Part shown: piece by piece, positions 58,422-64,000 of the stretch
Layout of the letters: each line of letters begins with the position of its first letter
Numbering within the stretch: the stretch's first letter is position 1
Assembly: GCA_963803435.1 (NCBI GenBank)
Contig: CAWDML010000001.1
Location: forward strand, 1,888,001-1,952,000
DNA: 64,000 nucleotides
From: an uncultured delta proteobacterium
GTDB taxonomy: Bacteria; Myxococcota; Kuafuiibacteriia; Kuafuiibacteriales; Kuafuiibacteriaceae
Reading direction: 5' to 3'
Notes under the pieces: model-generated
Database searches by the model: none
What the model was told of the DNA's origin: nothing
The model's input: only the letters and a program-made list of their open reading frames with translations
Position numbers and translations under genes: made by a program

Positions 58422-59219
58422 ATGATCGATCTGGAGCTCGCGATGAACGTGGCCAAGAGCGCGGCCGAGGCCGCCGCCCGAACCGCGCGGCCCCACTGGG
58501 AGAAAGGGGTAAACGTAGAGACCAAGGCCGATCGGTCGCCGGTGACCATCGCCGACCGAGAGTCGGAGGAGGTCATCATCCGGACGATCAAGAGCACCTT
58601 TCCGGACCACTCGCTCCTCACCGAGGAGAGCGGCGCGCACCCGGGTGATCCGGGCCGGCGCTGGATCGTCGACCCGCTCGACGGCACCCGCGGATTCACG
58701 CGCGGCGGCAAGTTCTGGGGACCGCTGGTCGCGTTCGAGCTCGACGGCGAGGTCGTGGCCGGCGCGATGGCGATGCCGGCGCTCAACCTGGTGTACTGGG
58801 CGGCCCAGGGCCGGGGGTGCTTTCGGAACGGCACACCCTGCCGCGTCTCCTCGATCGAGGACTGGAGCGCGTCGACCCTCTCGCTCGGCGAGCTCCGCCC
58901 CCTGCTCTCGGCGCCCCACACCGAGGGTGTGCTCGAGCTGATCCGCACCGCCGCCTCCGCCCGCGACTACGGCGATCTGGCGGGGTGTGCCCTCGTCCTC
59001 GACGGTCAGGCCGAGGCCTGGATCGAGGCCGGCGTGAAGCCGTGGGATCTCGGACCCGCCAAGATCCTGATCGAGGAAGCGGGCGGGCGGTTCACCAGCT
59101 TCGACGGCGATCAAAGCCTCGAGCCGGGAACCGCCATCGGTTCGAACGGCCGCGTCCACGGCCGCGTGCTCAGCGTCCTGGGGACCCGACCATCTGCCGA
59201 TACGCCGACGCGAACATGA
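58422..59219 (+). CDS. inositol monophosphatase family protein, probable histidinol-phosphatase HisN
   Basis: KADRSPVTIADRESE, TEE, WIVDPLDGT, KPWD. Confidence 0.85.
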   Translation: MIDLELAMNVAKSAAEAAARTARPHWEKGVNVETKADRSPVTIADRESEEVIIRTIKSTFPDHSLLTEESGAHPGDPGRRWIVDPLDGTRGFTRGGKFWGPLVAFELDGEVVAGAMAMPALNLVYWAAQGRGCFRNGTPCRVSSIEDWSASTLSLGELRPLLSAPHTEGVLELIRTAASARDYGDLAGCALVLDGQAEAWIEAGVKPWDLGPAKILIEEAGGRFTSFDGDQSLEPGTAIGSNGRVHGRVLSVLGTRPSADTPTRT

Positions 59220-59874
59220 CGTACGAGATCGGGATGCTGACGAACATGCCGATGCCGCACGCCAGCGCGCCGACCATCGAGACGACGCCGGCCAGGAGCG
59301 CGAGCCCGAGCATGCCGAGCTTCTGATCGTTCGTCGCCTCCCAGGAGGCCTTCGCGGCGTCGACCGCGCCCATGCCGCGATCGACGATGAAGAACGGCGC
59401 GAAGTACAGCCGGACGCACACGCCCAGCATGATGCCGAACAGCGCGAGCTGGCCCAGGCTCATCACCGCGCTGGAGCGCACCGCCGCGCCGATCCCGACG
59501 ATCGCGTACGCCGGGATCAGCGGCACGATCATCACGAGCATCAGCAACAGCATGCTGCCCAGGACCTGACCGTAGTTCTGGAATCCGGAGAAGAGATCGT
59601 TGAACTCGGCGTGACCGTCCTGAAGGTTGAGCACGAACTTCACGCCGCCCCACGCGATCACCGGCACGAGCACGAAGATGCCGATGACGGTGATCTCGCT
59701 GATCGCCATGGCCAGACCACCGACGATCGCGACGCCGATGACGAGACCGAGATTGCCGGTGACGGCCTTCCAGCCGTCGTTGAATGCTTGACCGATATCG
59801 AAGCGGCCGGTGCCCGTGACCGGCGGAACGTTCGGCGACTGGGCGCGCGGGGCCTCGAAGGGATTCTGACTCAT
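59170..59874 (-). CDS. integral membrane protein (DUF975-like)
   Basis: NPFEAP N-terminus, FDIGQAFNDGW, DLFSGF, AAKASWEAT, several TM helices. Confidence 0.75.
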   Translation of the reverse strand: MSQNPFEAPRAQSPNVPPVTGTGRFDIGQAFNDGWKAVTGNLGLVIGVAIVGGLAMAISEITVIGIFVLVPVIAWGGVKFVLNLQDGHAEFNDLFSGFQNYGQVLGSMLLLMLVMIVPLIPAYAIVGIGAAVRSSAVMSLGQLALFGIMLGVCVRLYFAPFFIVDRGMGAVDAAKASWEATNDQKLGMLGLALLAGVVSMVGALACGIGMFVSIPISYVMFASAYRQMVGSPGR

Positions 59875-59883
59875 CGGCGGAGT

Positions 59884-60651
59884 CTACCGCACGATCTGGA
59901 GCAAGCTCATCCGATCGAAGAGCAGAAGCACACCGGCCGTCTCCTCCGGCCCGAGGCCGGGTAAGGTCGGCTGATCGCCAAAGGATACCGCCCCCTCCGC
60001 CAGGCACCGGAGGCCCTGGAGCACGGGCGGCGGCAGGCCGTAGCTGTTCCGGGACTCGTCGTACGGCACCGTCAGGCGGACCCAGCGCCCGCGGACCCGC
60101 TCGACCACCCCCGCCTTCCGAGCCGAATTCGAGCGCACCACCATGCCGAAGGCGATGGCAGGTCGCACATCGACGTAAGTGGGATGGAAGTGCGAGAGCC
60201 GGGCCAGCCCCTCGCTGACCAGCACCGGCGCGTCTTCGTAGTCGTAGATCTGGAACAGCCGCCGCCGTCCCTGCTCGGCGCAGGCGCGGTTGAGGCCGTC
60301 GACATCGATGAGCCCCCGGCCGAGGAGTCGCTGCCCGAGCAACATCCCGTCCCGCGGCGCCTCCTCGATCAGCACCCGGTCGAGCGTCTCGGCATCGATC
60401 ACCTTGAGCTGGATGAGCACCTGGCCCAGGAGCTGGGCCTGCAGGTGCTTTTTCGGCGCCACCCCGACGACCGCACCCTCCCGCAGGTACACGTGATCGG
60501 GCGGGTGCTCACCGATGGAGATCGCGCCGGTGAGACGGCTCGCGTGCACCGCCAGCAACACCTCGTCGAGCGGGACCTGCGTCAGGCGAAAGCGGAGGAT
60601 CCCGCCGGGCGTGAGCCGCCGCAGGCCCTCCAGGATGGCCTCGTCCGTCAC
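59884..60651 (-). CDS. DUF4388-like domain protein
   Basis: PLDEVLLAVHASRLTGAI, VYLREGAVV, LLGQVL, LLGQRLLGRGLI. Confidence 0.7.
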   Translation of the reverse strand: MTDEAILEGLRRLTPGGILRFRLTQVPLDEVLLAVHASRLTGAISIGEHPPDHVYLREGAVVGVAPKKHLQAQLLGQVLIQLKVIDAETLDRVLIEEAPRDGMLLGQRLLGRGLIDVDGLNRACAEQGRRRLFQIYDYEDAPVLVSEGLARLSHFHPTYVDVRPAIAFGMVVRSNSARKAGVVERVRGRWVRLTVPYDESRNSYGLPPPVLQGLRCLAEGAVSFGDQPTLPGLGPEETAGVLLLFDRMSLLQIVR

Positions 60652-60724
60652 CGCGCGCGAGGATACCAGAGGCTCGACCGCGGGGACCGTTGTCCACCCC
60701 GGTCCGCCATGCTAACGCCGCGCC

Positions 60725-61708
60725 ATGGCTCGCATTTCAGCGAGGTTCCTGGTCCTCGCCTCCGCGTTGTCGGGCGCGGCCGGCTGTCCGGCGTCCCCTC
60801 CGGCCGAGCCGCCCTATCCGGCGCCGGTGCTCGAGACCGGCGGCAAGGTCCTCACCCGGATCGGGCCCGTCACCCTCACCACCGCCGAGATCGAGAAGCG
60901 CATCCGGCAGCAGAGCCCCTTCGTCCGGGTCCAGCTCAAGGACCCCGCGAAGCTCGAGCAGTTCGTCGACGAGCAGATCCGGAACGAGGTGCTCGCCCAG
61001 GAGGCGTGGCGCCAGAAGCTGTACGACGATCCGGAGGTCGAGAGCGAGCTCCGCCGCGTGATGATCCAGAAGCTCATGCGAGATCACCTGCAGGCGGTGA
61101 AGGATCAGGTCGACACCACCGAGACCGAGCTGCGCGCCGCCTACCAGGAGCGCTTCGACGAGTTCAACAAGCCCGAGAAGATCCGCCTCTCCCAGATCGT
61201 CCGGTTCGTCGACGACGACCAGGAGCGCAAGGAGGCCCGGAAGCTCCTGGAGAGGGTGAAGGCCGACGTCCTCGAGCGCCAGAAGAAGAATGACCAGCGA
61301 GCCTTCGCTGAGGCCGCCCGCGCACACTCGGAGGACGACAACACCAAGCTGGGCGGCGGAGACCTCCAGTTCATGAGCAAGTCGGAGCTGTCGGCGCGCT
61401 ACGGCCCCGACGTCGCCGAGCACATGTTCTCCGCCGTCGAGATCGGCGACATGGCCATCGCAGACGCCCCCAACGCCGTCGTCCTCTTCAAGAAGACCGG
61501 CAAGCGGCGCGCCGTCGAGCGCACGCTGGAGCAGGTCAAGCCGCAGGTTCGCGGGGTGCTGCTCGGCGAGAAGCGGACCAAGGCCTTCGAGGCCTACGTC
61601 TTGGAGATCGAGCAGAAGAACGGGGTGAAGATCGATCTCGAGGCGCTCCCGTCGATCAAGGTCGACATGAACGCGGCCACCGAGCCCGGGGCGCCCGAGG
61701 ACGATTGA
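60725..61708 (+). CDS. parvulin-type peptidyl-prolyl isomerase lipoprotein
   Basis: Lipobox AAGC; PEKIRLSQI, HSEDDNTKLGGGDL. Confidence 0.88.
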   Translation: MARISARFLVLASALSGAAGCPASPPAEPPYPAPVLETGGKVLTRIGPVTLTTAEIEKRIRQQSPFVRVQLKDPAKLEQFVDEQIRNEVLAQEAWRQKLYDDPEVESELRRVMIQKLMRDHLQAVKDQVDTTETELRAAYQERFDEFNKPEKIRLSQIVRFVDDDQERKEARKLLERVKADVLERQKKNDQRAFAEAARAHSEDDNTKLGGGDLQFMSKSELSARYGPDVAEHMFSAVEIGDMAIADAPNAVVLFKKTGKRRAVERTLEQVKPQVRGVLLGEKRTKAFEAYVLEIEQKNGVKIDLEALPSIKVDMNAATEPGAPEDD

Positions 61709-62664
61709 TGCGAAGCCGCGCGCTCCTGCTGCTCTTCCTGGCCGGCTGTCCCCACGAGCGCGATCCTCGCTCGCTCCCGCTGGTGGAGATCCTCCCGGCC
61801 GGCGCCGCGGAGACGCAGCCCGCCATCGAGATCACCCCGCGGGATCTGAAGCGCGCGATCGCCCGTCTCCGCATCGAGCGCGAGGGCGTCGACGCCGGGC
61901 CGCTGCCGAAGAAGCTCAAGCAGCACGTCGTCGACCAGCTGATCGATCAGCGGATCCTCGCGATCGAGGCCGATCGGTTGAAGGTGGCAGTGTCGACCGT
62001 CGCGGTGGCGCGAGAGATCGCCGAGATGAAGCAGAGCCTCCCGCCCCACCGCTTCGAGCGTTTCTTGGTGGAGACGTATCAGACGGAGAAGGACCTCGAG
62101 CGCGCGATCGCCGAGCGGCTCGCCGCCACCCAGGTGATGGCGCGCGAGCTCGAGGGACAGGTCGAGGTGACGGACCAGGAGCTCGAGCAGGCCTGGCAGA
62201 GGATGCCGGAGGAGCAGCGGGTCCACCGTGCCCGCGTGCACGCCGCGCAGATCGTGGTGCCGACCGAGGACATCGGCCTGGCGATCGTGAAGAAGCTTCG
62301 CGCGCCCAAGCCCGCGGACTTTGCCGAGCTGGCCAAGGCGAACAGCATCGCGCCGGAGGCGGAACACGGCGGCGACCTCGGATGGTTCGAGAAGGGGGAC
62401 ATGCCGGCCGTCTTCGACCAGGTCTGCTTCTCGCTCGACCCGGGCCAGATCTCGGAGCTGACCGCCTCCGAGCTCGGCTATCACGTTTTCAAGGTGATCG
62501 AGCGCGAGGCGGAGCGGCCGATGACGTTCGAGGAGGCCAAGCCGCTGCTCCTCGAGCAGCTGAAGAGCGCTCGAGTGCGCACACGCGAGGACGCCCTCAT
62601 GAAGTCGCTGGCGTCGAGGTATCGCGTCGTGCGACACGACGACCGGATCGCCGCGATCGAATAG
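61708..62664 (+). CDS. parvulin-type PPIase / SurA-N domain lipoprotein
   Basis: Lipobox LAGC; FAELAKANSIAPEAEHGGDLGWF, SELGYHVFKV. Confidence 0.9.
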   Translation: MRSRALLLLFLAGCPHERDPRSLPLVEILPAGAAETQPAIEITPRDLKRAIARLRIEREGVDAGPLPKKLKQHVVDQLIDQRILAIEADRLKVAVSTVAVAREIAEMKQSLPPHRFERFLVETYQTEKDLERAIAERLAATQVMARELEGQVEVTDQELEQAWQRMPEEQRVHRARVHAAQIVVPTEDIGLAIVKKLRAPKPADFAELAKANSIAPEAEHGGDLGWFEKGDMPAVFDQVCFSLDPGQISELTASELGYHVFKVIEREAERPMTFEEAKPLLLEQLKSARVRTREDALMKSLASRYRVVRHDDRIAAIE

Positions 62665-62680
62665 GGAAGATGGTGAAAGA

Positions 62681-63617
62681 ATGAGCAGTATGCCTGTGCT
62701 CCTGGCCGCCCTGGCCCTGGCCTCCCCCGGGGAGCGCCAGCTGGTCGATCGCGTGGCCGCGGTGGTGAACGACGAGGTCATCACGATGTCGGAGGTGGAC
62801 GCCGCGGCGGTCCCGTTCATGGACAACGCGCCGACCGAGGAGAAGAAGAAGGCGCTCTACAAGGACGTGCTCGACCAGCTGATCTCCGAGCGTCTCCTCA
62901 GCCAGCAGATCAAAGAAGCGAACATCACCGTCACCGACGAGGACGTCGAGGCTGCGATCCAGGACATCCTCAAGCGCAACAAGATCACGATGGACGAGCT
63001 GCAGGCGGCGCTCGATCAGAACGGCACCTCCATGAGCAAGTACAAGGAGGACCTCAAGACGCAGCTGACCAGGCTCAAGATCGTCGATCAGAAGGTGCGC
63101 CAGCGCGTGGTGGTCCCCGAGGCCGAGATCAAGGCCGAGTACGAGAAGCGCACCGCAGGCGAGAAGAAGACGCAGCTGGTCCACATTCGACACATCTTCT
63201 TCCGCTGGGGCGACAACGCCGGCCCGGACGAGCGACAGCGGGTGCTCGAGCGGGCGCGCCAGGCGCGCAACCGGGTGGTGAACGGCGAGGCCTTCGACGC
63301 GGTGGCGAAGGAGGTCAGCGAGGGACCGACCGCCTCCACCGGTGGCGATCTCGGGCTCGATCTCCGAGAAGGGCCTGCTGCCCGAGCTCGCGCGCGCGCT
63401 CACGAACACGAAGATCAACGAGATCACGCAGCCGGTGGAGACCAACAACGGGGTCCACGTGGTGCAGCTGCTCGAACGCCAGGCGCAGCAACCGACGACC
63501 TTCGCCTCGGTCCACGACACGATCTATCAGGAGCTCTACCAGAAGGAGGTCGAGCGCCAGATGAAAGTCTGGATCGACGAGCTCAAGGGGCAGAGCGCGA
63601 TCGACATCCGCTTGTGA
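62681..63617 (+). CDS. SurA-like chaperone/PPIase (frameshift near 63354)
   Basis: VDRVAAVVNDEVIT, HIRHIF, SEGPTASTGGDLG; removing one G joins to ITQPVETNNGVHVV...IDIRL. Confidence 0.88.
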
Positions 63618-64000
63618 TCCTCGCGCTGCTGCTCGTCACCATCGGTTCCCGCGAGCTCGAGGCCGATCCGACCAACTACCTGGGCGCGGTGGCGCTGCTC
63701 GGCCCCGGGGACGTGCTCCGCCTGGCCCCCGGGACCTACCGCGACTGCCTCGAGCTCGACGGGCTCCACGGGACCGCGGACGAGCCGATCGCGATCACCG
63801 GACCGGAGGATCGCACGGCCGTGTTCCTGGGAGAGCGCTGCGACGGCTGGACCAACCGCAGCCGCGTCATCGTACAGATCGAGGACTCGAGCTGGCTGAT
63901 CGTGCGGAACCTGGAGCTCGACGCCCAGGGACTCCCGGTGGACGGCGTGGAGGCGGGCTACGGCGACACCCCGGTGCACCACGTGACGATCGAGAACCTC
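63614..64000 (+). CDS. exported right-handed beta-helix protein, N-terminal part (runs off window)
   Basis: Own translation: VILALLLVTI...LGPGDVLRLAPGTY...LHGTADEPIAITG...SSWLIVRNLELD...HHVTIENL. Confidence 0.75.
   Translation, partial: MILALLLVTIGSRELEADPTNYLGAVALLGPGDVLRLAPGTYRDCLELDGLHGTADEPIAITGPEDRTAVFLGERCDGWTNRSRVIVQIEDSSWLIVRNLELDAQGLPVDGVEAGYGDTPVHHVTIENL

Noticed and set aside
12194-63617. Genome decay or programmed frameshifting as explanation for the split genes
   Set aside because: Each gene has one indel and no other lesions, including a SurA-like gene; the sites are GATC-associated or homopolymeric, which favours sequencing error. Only the IS5 AAAGGGGG site looks programmed.
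60725-63617. Three tandem PPIase genes as a novel system
   Set aside because: Tandem parvulin/SurA genes are a familiar housekeeping arrangement in Myxococcota and related lineages.

Overview
GC-rich (about 70% by eye), gene-dense window whose gene content points to Myxococcota: a TIGR03001-like ECF sigma factor next to a zf-HC2/Ser-Thr kinase/TPR protein, DUF4388 proteins, a TIGR02266-like PilZ protein, a CglD-like adhesin and three tandem PPIases. Housekeeping genes (tamA/tamB-like, tRNA-Pro, rpe, rsmB, pyk, rpoZ, hisN-like, surA-like) are interspersed with envelope and signalling modules. The best candidate for an undescribed system is at 39.4-45.5 kb: ECF sigma, zinc-finger/DUF4384-like anti-sigma, an exported caspase fused to an outer-membrane barrel, a lipoprotein and two NHL lipoproteins. 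A basic KGG motif recurs in the caspase linker and just outside the anti-sigma membrane helix, and a shared promoter-like motif precedes both the sigma gene and the NHL genes. Other highlights: a stand-alone secreted knottin-framework peptide beside a kinase/ECF pair, a SycD-like chaperone coupled to a pseudo-PP2C protein, a degenerate 5'-nucleotidase fused to a beta-barrel, a TetR regulon with two visible operators, and an IS5 remnant. Seven genes carry single frameshifts, four of them at GAATC where GATC restores the frame, most likely sequencing error. All calls come from motif recognition by eye; no searches were run.
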